From positions 1,504,001-1,568,000 of the forward strand of contig OZ241981.1 in assembly GCA_965204345.1 (NCBI GenBank): a stretch of DNA of 64,000 nt, in the 5' to 3' direction. Every line of letters begins with the position of its first letter. The stretch's first letter is position 1. A program made the translations under genes and the position numbers. The notes beneath the pieces were generated by a model that searched no databases, was not told the DNA's origin, and saw nothing but the letters and a program-made list of their open reading frames with translations. Of the stretch, positions 9,949 to 20,010 are shown in pieces. This DNA comes from Nitrosopumilus sp. (GTDB taxonomy: Archaea > Thermoproteota > Nitrososphaeria > Nitrososphaerales > Nitrosopumilaceae).

Positions 9949-11025
9949 CAGTAATCTTGCACCATCAGTAACTACTGAAACTTTTTGACGTGCGCCTTGG
10001 GTTTTTAAGATATAATCCATAGAATATTTTATGCCAGGCATGGAAATCATGTTTAGCTTTTTGGCATAAAATTCAGGCAGAATCGAGATTAGTCCTATTT
10101 GAAAATTCTTTTGTATTTCTGAAAGGAACAGCAAATCCTCCATTCCGTCAATGTACTTGCTTGGATTTCGCAGGTGCTCTAAAGTTAACCTGTCTTCAAG
10201 ATGTTGTTGCAGTGCGTCAGACCCCAGTCCACCCTTGCACTCAGCTACTAAAATGGCAAGGCCATCTTTTTTGATTGCACTAGCGCAATTCCACAAAGAA
10301 GAAAGCGAGCCCCCAAGATTGTCGTTGCTTGCATCTTTTCCAGTACTGACTACCATGGTCTTATGCTGACCAACATCCTTGATGGAATTTGACTCTAAAA
10401 TTTTTGTCGATGAGATTGTTTCTGAGGGATGCCCAATTGTAAAATCAACTATGCCTTCAGAATTTGCAATTACCTCAATTCCCTGTATTTCAAAGCTGTC
10501 TGTGAATTTTTTTGCCTCTGTTAGACTTTCAGGATGCTGTCCAGGTACAGGCAGATGTCCGTGTCTTTTTGCATATGCTGATAGCATAGAATCCTGCCCA
10601 AATTTTTTGATGAGACGTGTAGATATGGTCTCATATCCGAACAATCCGTTAAATTCCATCTCCCCCATAAACACAAGATTTGAATTTGAAATATCTGAAT
10701 CATCCTCAAATTCATTAATGGAGCTCCCCTCAGGCAGTCCGGATTTTATTAGGTTTAGGATTTTTTTGTCAGTGAAAATTTTCGGAAAAGGCTTTGATTT
10801 TTGTTCACATAGGGCAAACAATGAGGAGATGATTTTTTGAATGGATTTGGAATTGTGCAATACAACAATCTCCATAGGCCTTGATAAGTCAAGGGTGCTT
10901 AGTTTTTCATTGATCTCCAAATCGTCTAAAACTTTACCCTCAGAATCAATCTTCTGCTCTAAATTTTCTGCCTTTATATCCAAAACTACATCAGTAATAC
11001 CATAGTTTAACCAAATTTCAGGCAT
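9940..11025 (-). CDS. LarA/DUF2088-like (lactate racemase-related) protein, divergent
   Basis: N-terminal I.L.YG pattern and C-terminal GLAILVAECKGGLG resemble LarA; catalytic residues not evident. Confidence 0.5.
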   Translation of the reverse strand: MPEIWLNYGITDVVLDIKAENLEQKIDSEGKVLDDLEINEKLSTLDLSRPMEIVVLHNSKSIQKIISSLFALCEQKSKPFPKIFTDKKILNLIKSGLPEGSSINEFEDDSDISNSNLVFMGEMEFNGLFGYETISTRLIKKFGQDSMLSAYAKRHGHLPVPGQHPESLTEAKKFTDSFEIQGIEVIANSEGIVDFTIGHPSETISSTKILESNSIKDVGQHKTMVVSTGKDASNDNLGGSLSSLWNCASAIKKDGLAILVAECKGGLGSDALQQHLEDRLTLEHLRNPSKYIDGMEDLLFLSEIQKNFQIGLISILPEFYAKKLNMISMPGIKYSMDYILKTQGARQKVSVVTDGARLLLR

Positions 11026-11075
11026 GATTATTACACAATACAAAACAAAATAAATCAAGTGTAGTTAATTTTTGT

Positions 11076-11681
11076 ATGGAATTTGTAAAAGAGTTTGCAA
11101 CCTTTTTGCATGAAAAAGGCATCATAAAATTTGGGGATTTTACACTTGCCAGCGGAAAAAAGAGTTCATACTATGTGGATTTGAGATTAGTTCCAAGCTA
11201 TCCCCTAGAGTTTAGAAAAATGATAAAATATCTTGAAAATCAGATTGTTCAGGATATTGGATTGGATAACTTTGATTCAATAGTGTCAGTTCCCACGGGA
11301 GGCTTGGTTATTGCATCGGCATTAGCAGTTGAGACTGTAAAACCGCTAATCTATGTAAGAAGCAAACCAAAGGATTATGGAACATCAAAGTCAGTTGAGG
11401 GGAAAATTCATGACAACATGAGAGCTGTCATGATTGATGATGTCGCAACCACAGGAGGTTCAGTCCTTAATGCAATAGGAACTCTAAAAAAAGTCAATGT
11501 TGATGTCAAGGACGCATATGTCATTGTAAACCGTATGGAAGGAGCTGATAAGGCACTTTTGGAATTGGGAGTGAAAACACATTCAATTCTAAATATCTTA
11601 CAAATCACAGAAGCACTGTATGAGCAGAATCTTTTAGATGAAACAGTCCTAGAAAAAGTAAAAGAACAAATCCACAAGTGA
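11076..11681 (+). CDS. pyrE: Orotate phosphoribosyltransferase
   Basis: GDFTLASGKKSSYYVDLR and PRPP motif VMIDDVATTGGS. Confidence 0.95.
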   Translation: MEFVKEFATFLHEKGIIKFGDFTLASGKKSSYYVDLRLVPSYPLEFRKMIKYLENQIVQDIGLDNFDSIVSVPTGGLVIASALAVETVKPLIYVRSKPKDYGTSKSVEGKIHDNMRAVMIDDVATTGGSVLNAIGTLKKVNVDVKDAYVIVNRMEGADKALLELGVKTHSILNILQITEALYEQNLLDETVLEKVKEQIHK

Positions 11682-11794
11682 GTTTTTGGCAGCTCAGACA
11701 AATGCCTTCCAATCATCAATTCAGATATAACTCTGATTCTTCATTGCAGCCAGATAGCTTTTAATCTGCTCATTTTAAAACTAATTGAAAATAA

Positions 11795-11868
11795 TGGGCC
11801 CGAAGGGCTTCGATCCCTTGGCTCACCGGTTATGAGCCGGTTACTCTACCAAGCTGAGTTACGGGCCC
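11795..11868 (-). tRNA. tRNA with CAT anticodon, probably tRNA-Ile2 (agmatidine-modified) rather than Met
   Basis: Cloverleaf GGGCCCG...CTCATAA...CGGGCCCA. The GGGCCCG acceptor stem is Ile-like and there is no initiator A1:U72 pair. Confidence 0.88.
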
Positions 11869-11909
11869 TACGCAAGGGAATTTTTTCTCAGGTATAAAAT
11901 GTTATGAGA

Positions 11910-12542
11910 TTAGCAGTATTCCTCGTAGCAGCTATCCAGTAGCAGATTTTGTGCCAAAATTGACCTGTCTGCAATTTCAATCAGGCTGTCTGTACTGACT
12001 GGGGATTTCTCAAGAATGCTTCTCCATGATGCAGCGTGTCTAATGTCGGCCTCAGTATGGAGCTTAAAGTATTCTGTAGCCTCATCACTTGTCATTCCGT
12101 AGAATTCTGACAAACCGTCAAGCTTTGTTTGGCTGATTTTTGGAATTTCTTTTTCAAAGGCATACATTGCACATGCACCCCCATCAAAAGTATCCATTAG
12201 CTGATTCAAATCAGATACTGCTTTTTGTGTCTTGGCAGTCCCTGAGTATGAAGTCAGTTCGTCCTCAGATATTCCAAGTTGGCCGGCAAAAACAATCCAT
12301 GGTCTAATGTGATCTGACTCTTCCTGCTGGTTTTCGACTAGTTCACTGACAGTAGACTCGGGAGATTTTTCAATGATGGGAGTCATAAAAGACGGAACTG
12401 CTTTTACAAGCTGAAAGTACTCTTTAGAATAGCCTGCAAGGGATTCCCGTGTCAATTTTCCATCAGACCACATTTGGTAAAATGGATGCTTTAGCAAACT
12501 TTTTTCTTCAATCATCTCGTCAATTTTTTGTATTATATTCAT
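11910..12542 (-). CDS. Heme-oxygenase-like diiron protein (PqqC/TenA/CADD family)
   Basis: LLKHPFYQMW, EESDH and YFKLHTEADIRH motifs. Confidence 0.85.
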   Translation of the reverse strand: MNIIQKIDEMIEEKSLLKHPFYQMWSDGKLTRESLAGYSKEYFQLVKAVPSFMTPIIEKSPESTVSELVENQQEESDHIRPWIVFAGQLGISEDELTSYSGTAKTQKAVSDLNQLMDTFDGGACAMYAFEKEIPKISQTKLDGLSEFYGMTSDEATEYFKLHTEADIRHAASWRSILEKSPVSTDSLIEIADRSILAQNLLLDSCYEEYC

Positions 12543-12621
12543 GATTGACCTGCAATATCGCCAATAAAAAATCTTTGTGGTTTACAAAAGATTTTATGAT
12601 GATAATGCAGAATTTTCGTGG

Positions 12622-12700
12622 GTTCCAGTGGTGTAGACCGGTCAAGCATTTTGCCCTTTCAAGGCAAAGATCCCGGGTTCAAATCCCGGCTGGAGCACCA
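12622..12700 (+). tRNA. tRNA-Glu(TTC)
   Basis: GTTCCAG/CTGGAGC acceptor stem, anticodon loop CTTTCAA, GTTCAAATC T-arm, encoded CCA. Confidence 0.95.
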
Positions 12701-12727
12701 AGATTTATTTACGTATGGTAAATTTTT

Positions 12728-13594
12728 TTGATCAGGCCCATCTTGGACAGGAAAAATATTGAGGTTAATCCTTTGCTTGAAACCTACGGCAAATACATTC
12801 AGCGAATCAATCAGGCTTTGGATGATGAGCTTGCAGTTTACTCTGAATCTGAATTTATTGAGCCCCTAAAGTATTCCTTGGATGGAGGAAAGCGAATCAG
12901 GCCCATTATTTTGAATTTGGCGGCTGAGAGCGTGGGCAAAATTGATGAGAATGTACTATCAGCTTCGTGTGCAGTTGAATTTCTTCACATGGAGTCAATC
13001 ATACATGATGATATTATCGACGAGGAAACCATGAGAAGGCAAAAGGAGCCATTTCACGTCAAATATGGCTATAATACCAGTGTGCTGACAGGGGATTTTG
13101 TTTTAGGATTGATTCTTGCAATATCATCCAGACTGGACAATGCTAGAATTACAAAAGACCTAGCAACCACTGCTATGCTGATGAGTGAGGGGGAAATAAT
13201 TGAAGGCAGGCTGGAAAACAGCAAGGATGTAACGTTTGATGACTATCTAAAAGTAATTGAATACAAAACAGCAGTGGCATTTCAAGTTGCATCCAGAATA
13301 GGAGGAATCATTGCAAACGGCACTGAGGAACAAATCGAAGCCTTGACTGAGTACGGAAAGAATTTGGGAATTGCATATCAAATAAGAGATGATCTGCTAG
13401 ATTGGAAAAATGAAGACAAGTTATTTAATTTGTTGATAAAGAAGAGCTCAGACCCCAGAGATGTTTTTAACAAGATGGAGGAATTACTAAAAGAATATTC
13501 CGAAAAGGCAAGAACCAGTCTGAGAAAAATTCCAGAGACGGATGCAAAAACAAACCTGGATAACTTGATTAAATTTACCTCGTTTAAGGCATAA
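12728..13594 (+). CDS. Polyprenyl (GGPP-type) diphosphate synthase
   Basis: GGKRIRP, IHDDIID..RR, YKTA and YQIRDDLLD motifs. Start may be TTG 12743. Confidence 0.93.
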   Translation: MIRPILDRKNIEVNPLLETYGKYIQRINQALDDELAVYSESEFIEPLKYSLDGGKRIRPIILNLAAESVGKIDENVLSASCAVEFLHMESIIHDDIIDEETMRRQKEPFHVKYGYNTSVLTGDFVLGLILAISSRLDNARITKDLATTAMLMSEGEIIEGRLENSKDVTFDDYLKVIEYKTAVAFQVASRIGGIIANGTEEQIEALTEYGKNLGIAYQIRDDLLDWKNEDKLFNLLIKKSSDPRDVFNKMEELLKEYSEKARTSLRKIPETDAKTNLDNLIKFTSFKA

Positions 13595-15068
13595 GATCTG
13601 AGCTAATTACCGGCGTTGCAAATTCTACAAATTTCAGTAATGGTTCTGGGTATACGCCGAATCCTACCAGGAAGATAGTTGAGAAGATCATTACAGCAAT
13701 GATGGACTTTGGTTCTGCAACTCGTTTTTCTGTCTCTCCTTCAAAGTACATCTTTCTTGTAATCCAACCATAGTATGCAAGAGATAGTGCACTGTTAAGA
13801 ACGCCGGCAATTGCAAGCCATGGTGCCCACCATAATGCAGAACTAGCATCCAAGGCACTGCCAAACAGCATCAACTTACTCCAAAATCCTGAAAGCGGAG
13901 GCACGCCAGCCAAGGCAAAGAGGGCAATGACCAAACCTAATGCGGTAATTGGCATTCTTCGTCCAAGTCCTTTTAGTTTGTCAATATGTGTAACTGCGAG
14001 AGTTGTAACAATGCCGGCAATTGCAATAAAGGCCGCACCCTTCATCACGGCGTGATTCATTATTTGGTACAGCGAACCTTGCAGTCCAAGCGAACTGTGT
14101 GGTGCCACTGCAAGCCCGATCAAAATGTATCCTGCATGGGCAATGCTAGAGTATGCCAGCATTCTGGAAATATTTTTTTGCATAATTGCTGCAACATTTC
14201 CAATTGTCATGGTCATTACTGCGATAATTCCAAGGGCCAAAGTCCAGTCAAGATTTAGTACCACCATTCCAAGAACTACAATTCTGATTGTTGCGGCAAA
14301 TCCTGCTTTTTTGGTTGCAGCTGCTAAAAGAGCAGTAATTGTTGGCGGAGCGCCCTCATAGGTATCTGGCAGCCACTGATGGAACGGTACTAGACCCATC
14401 TTGAATCCGAATCCTGCGATGAACATTCCGACTGAAAGCAGTGCAAGAGGAAGCAGTGATGGATCAAGCGTTGAATAGCCTTGAATCACCTCGCCAATAT
14501 TTGTAGAACCGGTCAATCCATAGGATATTGAAATACCATAAACTATGATTGCAGAGGACATCGCACCAAATAGGAAGTATTTCAGGGCTGCCTCATTTGA
14601 GCTTGGATTCTTTTTCATGTAACCTACCAAAATGTATGTCGGAATACTCATCAATTCCCATGCAACAAACAGCATTATCAAATCAGTAGAGTACGCAACT
14701 AGGATCATGCCTATTGTCGCAAGTAAAATCAGGGAATAGTATACGGCAGGAGAGTTGTGTTTTCTCATATAGTTAAAAGAGCCGACAGTTGTGAATACGG
14801 CAACAATTAACATTGCAAGTGCAAAGAATCCGCCAAATGCGTCATCTACAACCACATCCTCTGAAAACAGGGCTGAGGAGGCTATATTTTCACTATAAAA
14901 CTGGTATCCGACATAGCCCATTGATACAATTAGTGCTGCAAATGCAATTACTGCATAAAATGAGTTTGAACCCTGCTCTTTTCTTGCAATACTGATAATT
15001 GGAAGCAGGATTCCCACCGTTCCCAAAATTGCAATTAATACCAGCGGAGTAGAAGTAATCTCGATCAT
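13584..15068 (-). CDS. nuoN: Complex I subunit N
   Basis: EAALKYF, GFKMGLVPFHQWLPDTYEGAP and RMLAYSSIAHAGY motifs. Confidence 0.95.
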   Translation of the reverse strand: MIEITSTPLVLIAILGTVGILLPIISIARKEQGSNSFYAVIAFAALIVSMGYVGYQFYSENIASSALFSEDVVVDDAFGGFFALAMLIVAVFTTVGSFNYMRKHNSPAVYYSLILLATIGMILVAYSTDLIMLFVAWELMSIPTYILVGYMKKNPSSNEAALKYFLFGAMSSAIIVYGISISYGLTGSTNIGEVIQGYSTLDPSLLPLALLSVGMFIAGFGFKMGLVPFHQWLPDTYEGAPPTITALLAAATKKAGFAATIRIVVLGMVVLNLDWTLALGIIAVMTMTIGNVAAIMQKNISRMLAYSSIAHAGYILIGLAVAPHSSLGLQGSLYQIMNHAVMKGAAFIAIAGIVTTLAVTHIDKLKGLGRRMPITALGLVIALFALAGVPPLSGFWSKLMLFGSALDASSALWWAPWLAIAGVLNSALSLAYYGWITRKMYFEGETEKRVAEPKSIIAVMIFSTIFLVGFGVYPEPLLKFVEFATPVISSDLMP

Positions 15069-15080
15069 TTCATAATTCTC

Positions 15081-17165
15081 CTATATCAGCAACATCAGAA
15101 CTACGAATAGTAATCCTGCTCCAAATACGAATAGATATGACTGTGAAACACCGGTCTGGGTTCCTTGGACAACTTTGGCACTCCAGCCGACTGCTTTTTG
15201 AACCCCGGCATTCATACCGTAATCAATAGCGGTCTTTTCAAAGTATCGGAAGATTCCTCTTGCTAGCCACAGTGGGGCTACAACAAAGAGCCAGTAGATT
15301 ATTGCATTTAGGTACCACCTGTTTAAGAATAGTTTGTGAATTGAGTAAAATACAATGTTTGAGTTGACAAACTTTACTGGATCTACCCATCTTCCGATAT
15401 AGAATATGTAGCCTAGACCAATGCCTGTAGCAAACGCCACTAGTGATGAGCCAAGTGCAACCGGGTTGAGGCCCTGCAGGAATTCCGGCAGGATTGATGC
15501 CTCATTGGCAGCTGCTGCATGAGTGCTGTGAATGCCAAACGAATGCTCAAGATATTCCTCAAATAGGTGATGCAACCCTTCTTCGGCAGATAGTCCAATA
15601 AGTCCAATTCCGATTGTAAGAACTGCAAGTATTCCGTATGGAACCCACATTGATACTGATGCCTCGTGGATATGATGCCCTTCCTCTTCCATCTTTTCAA
15701 TATGCCTGCTCTTCTTTCCAAAGAAGACCATTCCAATCATTCTTGTTGTATAAAATGCAGTGATAATGGCAGTAAGTACGGCAATAATGTATAGGGGCAT
15801 TGCCCATTCATTTCCAGACTCATAAACTGCAGCAAATATTGCATCCTTACTCCAGAAACCAGTTGTGATAAATGGCGCACCCATCAGACCTAGACCTGCT
15901 GCCCACATGAACGCATAGGTCTTCTTCATATGCTTTCGCAAGCCGCCCATATCAGTCATGAATCTAGAACCGACAATATGCAACAATGAGCCTGCTGCCA
16001 TGAATAGTGAGGCCTTAAACATTGCATGGGAAATCAAGTGGAAAAATCCTGCTGTATAACCATCAACATATTGATAGGACAATCCTGCAACACCTAGTGC
16101 CATCATCATATAGCCGATTTGGGAACCGGTGGAATAGGCAAGAACCTTCTTAATTTCTGGGTTAACCATGCCTTGTGTTGCAAGTAATAGTGCAGTGATT
16201 GCGCCAACCCAGGCAACAATTTCAAAGAATTGATCAGCCATAATTCCGGCAGCACCCAATGCAAATACAAGCGGGCCAATTCTTGCAACCAGGAAAACAC
16301 CTGCTTTTACCATTGTTGCTGCGTGAATCAATGCAGATACTGCAGTAGGACCAGTCATTGCTTCTAACAGCCACTCGTTTAGTGGGAATTGTGCAGACTT
16401 TCCTATGGCACCGCCAAACAGTAAAACAAATGCCGGTACCAACAATCCCTGGGCAGCCATTGCAGTAGCCCAATCAGTAGAACCCATTAATTCCTTAAAT
16501 CCAAATGTTCCAGCAAACAAAAATATCAAAAGCATGCCTGCAATCATCATTACATCACCAACTTTGGTCATGATGAATGCCTTCATTCCTGCATGTGTTG
16601 GCGCATAGTAGTCTAGCATGCCAAGAACGGTTCTTCCCTCTGTACCAACATGATCCTTCTTTTTATCACGATACCAAAAGCTGATCAAAGCATATGATGC
16701 AAGACCCACCCCTTCCCATCCAAAGAAGACCTGCAGGAGGTTGTCAGATAATACGATTAGCTGCATTGAACCAATAAAGAACATCATCCAGAACCAGAAT
16801 CGTGTAATGTCCTTGTCACCCTTCATGTAGCCGGTGCTGTAAATCATAATCAGAAATGAGATCCACGCAACAACATTTGCCATGATAATCGAAAGGGGAT
16901 CTGCCAAGACTCCTGCCTTGAGACCAATTGCCTCAATCCACATTACCTGATCATGTATTTCATGAGCCTCCAAGGCCATCGGAAGCATTGTTGCAGCAGA
17001 CAGTGCACTCATCAAAGCAAATCCTACTGCAACCAATCCTGTTGCATTCTTTGATAATTTTCCAATTCCTGGCATAATCATGGCAGCAACAAATGGCAAA
17101 ATCCAAACCAGCCAAGCACTAGCTGCTCCAACTTCAAATGGTAAGCCTATGGTCTCTGTTGCCAT
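15081..17165 (-). CDS. nuoL: Complex I subunit L
   Basis: GWEGVG, GKSAQFPL..WL..AM.GPTAVSALIHAATMV and GFWSKD motifs. Confidence 0.95.
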   Translation of the reverse strand: MATETIGLPFEVGAASAWLVWILPFVAAMIMPGIGKLSKNATGLVAVGFALMSALSAATMLPMALEAHEIHDQVMWIEAIGLKAGVLADPLSIIMANVVAWISFLIMIYSTGYMKGDKDITRFWFWMMFFIGSMQLIVLSDNLLQVFFGWEGVGLASYALISFWYRDKKKDHVGTEGRTVLGMLDYYAPTHAGMKAFIMTKVGDVMMIAGMLLIFLFAGTFGFKELMGSTDWATAMAAQGLLVPAFVLLFGGAIGKSAQFPLNEWLLEAMTGPTAVSALIHAATMVKAGVFLVARIGPLVFALGAAGIMADQFFEIVAWVGAITALLLATQGMVNPEIKKVLAYSTGSQIGYMMMALGVAGLSYQYVDGYTAGFFHLISHAMFKASLFMAAGSLLHIVGSRFMTDMGGLRKHMKKTYAFMWAAGLGLMGAPFITTGFWSKDAIFAAVYESGNEWAMPLYIIAVLTAIITAFYTTRMIGMVFFGKKSRHIEKMEEEGHHIHEASVSMWVPYGILAVLTIGIGLIGLSAEEGLHHLFEEYLEHSFGIHSTHAAAANEASILPEFLQGLNPVALGSSLVAFATGIGLGYIFYIGRWVDPVKFVNSNIVFYSIHKLFLNRWYLNAIIYWLFVVAPLWLARGIFRYFEKTAIDYGMNAGVQKAVGWSAKVVQGTQTGVSQSYLFVFGAGLLFVVLMLLI

Positions 17166-17168
17166 TAT

Positions 17169-18722
17169 CTAGACCCCTAACACCCCATTCATGTATGGAA
17201 TGATTGTCTTTAAGAAAATATCTGGATAAATGCCAACCACTATTGAGAATCCTGCCAGTACCATCATTGGTGCCGTCATGTACCAGCTTCCCTCCCGTAC
17301 TTTTTCAAGATGTTCGGGAGTCTTTCCAAAGAATACACGTTTTAGCATCCAAAGCATGTAGGACATTGTCAGGGCAGTTGCAACAAGACCCAAACCAAAA
17401 GTTACAGCCCTTAGCGTTGAGCCTTCCTCAATGGCAGTCTCTAAAGCGCCAAAGAATAGGGGCCATTCGCCCATAAACCCACTTGTTGGTGGAACTCCCA
17501 TGATGGTTAATGCACCAATTACTGCACATACAGCAGTTATTGGCATCTTTCCTGCCAGTCCGCCTAGTTTTGAGATACTTTTAGTTCCCACCTTGACTAT
17601 GATAATTCCTGCCATCATAAACAGAATGCCTTTTCCAATTGCATGTGTTACATACATCATCTCTGCACCGGCAAGGCCAAGTACGGATATCGAGCCGATG
17701 CCAAACAGAATGTAACCCATCTGGCTAATACTAGAATAAGCAAGCAAGCGTTTTAGATCGTCTTGCATCAACGCCATGGCACCGCCATAAATCATTGTAA
17801 CGAGTCCCCAGACGTGCAACCAGATTGAAAGTTCTGCAAATGTTAGGGGTAGAAATTCTACAATTAGTCTGAAAACGCCATAGGCACCAATTCCGATCAT
17901 GGCAGGAGATAACAGTGCACTGATAGGTGTCGGTGCTGAACCGTGAACGTATGGAAGCCAAACATGGAACATAAAGACTGCAAGTTTAACCCCAAGTCCT
18001 ATTGCAATTGCAACAGCAGAATACATTGCAATATCGGCAGGGATTTCGGATTCTCGTATGTCTGCAAAGTCAAAGCTGCCAAGTGTCAGACCAATCATCA
18101 AAAAGCCCAGCAGTAAGACTACTGCACCTGCATGAGTCCAAAACAAGAACATCAGACCAATCTTTCTTCTAGGACCGTCACCCCAAAGTGCCACCAAAAA
18201 GAAACCTGGAATCAGCATGACCTCAAAGAAGATGTAAAATTCTATCAGGTTAGTCGAAAGAACTGTGCCTAGCATACCCATTGCAAAGACAAGATATAGT
18301 GCAAAGTAAAGTCCGGATTTTGCATTTACATAGCTTGTAAGGGAGGAGGATTCTACAACTGAGGTCTGTCCGCTGCCAGACGAATTAAGGTTCCTTTCTT
18401 CCTCAAACTGTTCGTGAAATTTGTGAATCATGTATGGCTTTGAGTAAATTGCCAGGATTGTTGACAACACATAAATCATTATTGCAAATGGAGAGGCTAG
18501 CCCATCTAACAAGAAACCAAACTCACCAAACTGTTCAGTCCATGGATAATGCTCTTCTACTGTTCCAGACAGGGCCGCATTAATTACAAGTATTGTCGTG
18601 TATAACAAAATGGCAAATGTAAACCACATTGCAGGTGTAGGTCCCGCCTTTCTTCCAATAACGTATGCTACTGGTGATAAAAGTAGTGGCAAGAAAACTG
18701 CCTGTAATAGCGCATATTCCAT
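17169..18722 (-). CDS. nuoM: Complex I subunit M
   Basis: FYIFFE, HVWLPYVHGSAP and DLKRLLAYSSISQMG motifs. Confidence 0.95.
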   Translation of the reverse strand: MEYALLQAVFLPLLLSPVAYVIGRKAGPTPAMWFTFAILLYTTILVINAALSGTVEEHYPWTEQFGEFGFLLDGLASPFAIMIYVLSTILAIYSKPYMIHKFHEQFEEERNLNSSGSGQTSVVESSSLTSYVNAKSGLYFALYLVFAMGMLGTVLSTNLIEFYIFFEVMLIPGFFLVALWGDGPRRKIGLMFLFWTHAGAVVLLLGFLMIGLTLGSFDFADIRESEIPADIAMYSAVAIAIGLGVKLAVFMFHVWLPYVHGSAPTPISALLSPAMIGIGAYGVFRLIVEFLPLTFAELSIWLHVWGLVTMIYGGAMALMQDDLKRLLAYSSISQMGYILFGIGSISVLGLAGAEMMYVTHAIGKGILFMMAGIIIVKVGTKSISKLGGLAGKMPITAVCAVIGALTIMGVPPTSGFMGEWPLFFGALETAIEEGSTLRAVTFGLGLVATALTMSYMLWMLKRVFFGKTPEHLEKVREGSWYMTAPMMVLAGFSIVVGIYPDIFLKTIIPYMNGVLGV

Positions 18723-19027
18723 TATCCTTTCAAACTCCTAAAGTCTGCAATATCGACATTTTGATACATACGGTAGGCTACTATGATCAAAGACAAACCC
18801 ACTGCAACTTCTGCTGCAGCGATTGCAATTGAGAACAGTGCCATGCTTTGACCTCCACTGTGTGGCAAAAATCTGCCAAATGCAACGATATTGAGATTTG
18901 CCGCATTGATAATTATTTCAACTGCAAATAACATTCGAATGAAGTTACGCTTAACTGCAAGGCCATAAATTCCGATGCCAAGCAAAGCAACGGACACTAG
19001 TGTAAAATCAACTAACTCGTTGGTCAT
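18722..19027 (-). CDS. nuoK: Complex I subunit K
   Basis: VEIIINAANLN and AAAEVAVGL motifs. Confidence 0.93.
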   Translation of the reverse strand: MTNELVDFTLVSVALLGIGIYGLAVKRNFIRMLFAVEIIINAANLNIVAFGRFLPHSGGQSMALFSIAIAAAEVAVGLSLIIVAYRMYQNVDIADFRSLKG

Positions 19028-19520
19028 TCTCCACATCCTCTCGCTTAGCTAAAACCAATGCACCGGTAACAGAGCCTGCCAAAATCAGTCCCATTAGAAT
19101 TAATGCAGGCCAATAATAGGTTACAAAGTCAGTACCAATATCCCTAAAGTCAGTAGCAGGCTCATCAGTGGTAATTGTTTTGATTCCAGAGTCCAGGAAT
19201 ACTGCGCCCAAAGATACCATCACCACAAACATTAGTCCAAGACCTGCAAACTTTCTTCGCCTGTCTTCAATTTTCTTGAAGATTAGTTCCCTTTTTACTA
19301 ACATTACGGTAAACAAAATCAGAACAGCTATGGAACCGACATAAACGGCCAATTGGAATAATGCAACAAATGGAGCATCAAGCAAAAAGAAAAACCCTGC
19401 AATACCGCCCAAAGTTCCCATCAAAGCAATGGAACCATAAATCAGTGATCTTAGTTCAAGGGCTGCAATTGCTGAACCGATTGTAATTACAGTTAATGCA
19501 AGAAATGCAGCATCAGCCAT
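19008..19520 (-). CDS. nuoJ: Complex I subunit J
   Basis: QLAVYVGSIAVLILFTVML motif and operon position. Confidence 0.92.
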   Translation of the reverse strand: MADAAFLALTVITIGSAIAALELRSLIYGSIALMGTLGGIAGFFFLLDAPFVALFQLAVYVGSIAVLILFTVMLVKRELIFKKIEDRRRKFAGLGLMFVVMVSLGAVFLDSGIKTITTDEPATDFRDIGTDFVTYYWPALILMGLILAGSVTGALVLAKREDVENDQRVS

Positions 19521-20010
19521 GTGTTGCACCTCTATCAGATATTTGGATCTCGCTGTCCTGTGCAATGTATGGCTTGACCTGAAGTTGGGCAGGCGTGTAA
19601 ATCAAGCCTTCCTTGGAAAATGAGGATAATTCATAGTCATTAGTCATGTAAAGTGCATAAAACGGACATGCGTCAACACAAAGACCGCAGAAAACACATT
19701 TTCCGTAATCAATTTGAGGCATTATGGATTTTTTGTTTTGTTTTTGCTCTTCGGGAACCTTGACCATTGCAATTGCCTCGGCAACGCCCTCACATGCAAT
19801 TGAGCATAACTGACATCCTGTACAGTGATCATGGAATAGCATATGGCGTCCTTTCAATCCCGCAATACCCACGCCAGTTGACGGATCAAACTGGTATCCG
19901 TCGCCAACAAACTTTAGTTTTTCCTCAGGATAGCGAAGAGTAAATCGTTTTGTTGCAATATGTTTAATTCCTGAATTTAATGCACGTATGATTCCAGTTG
20001 CAGTTCCCAT
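19513..20010 (-). CDS. nuoI: Complex I subunit I (2x[4Fe-4S])
   Basis: TLRYPEE, CTGCQLC and CVFCGLCVDACP motifs. Confidence 0.94.
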   Translation of the reverse strand: MGTATGIIRALNSGIKHIATKRFTLRYPEEKLKFVGDGYQFDPSTGVGIAGLKGRHMLFHDHCTGCQLCSIACEGVAEAIAMVKVPEEQKQNKKSIMPQIDYGKCVFCGLCVDACPFYALYMTNDYELSSFSKEGLIYTPAQLQVKPYIAQDSEIQISDRGATHG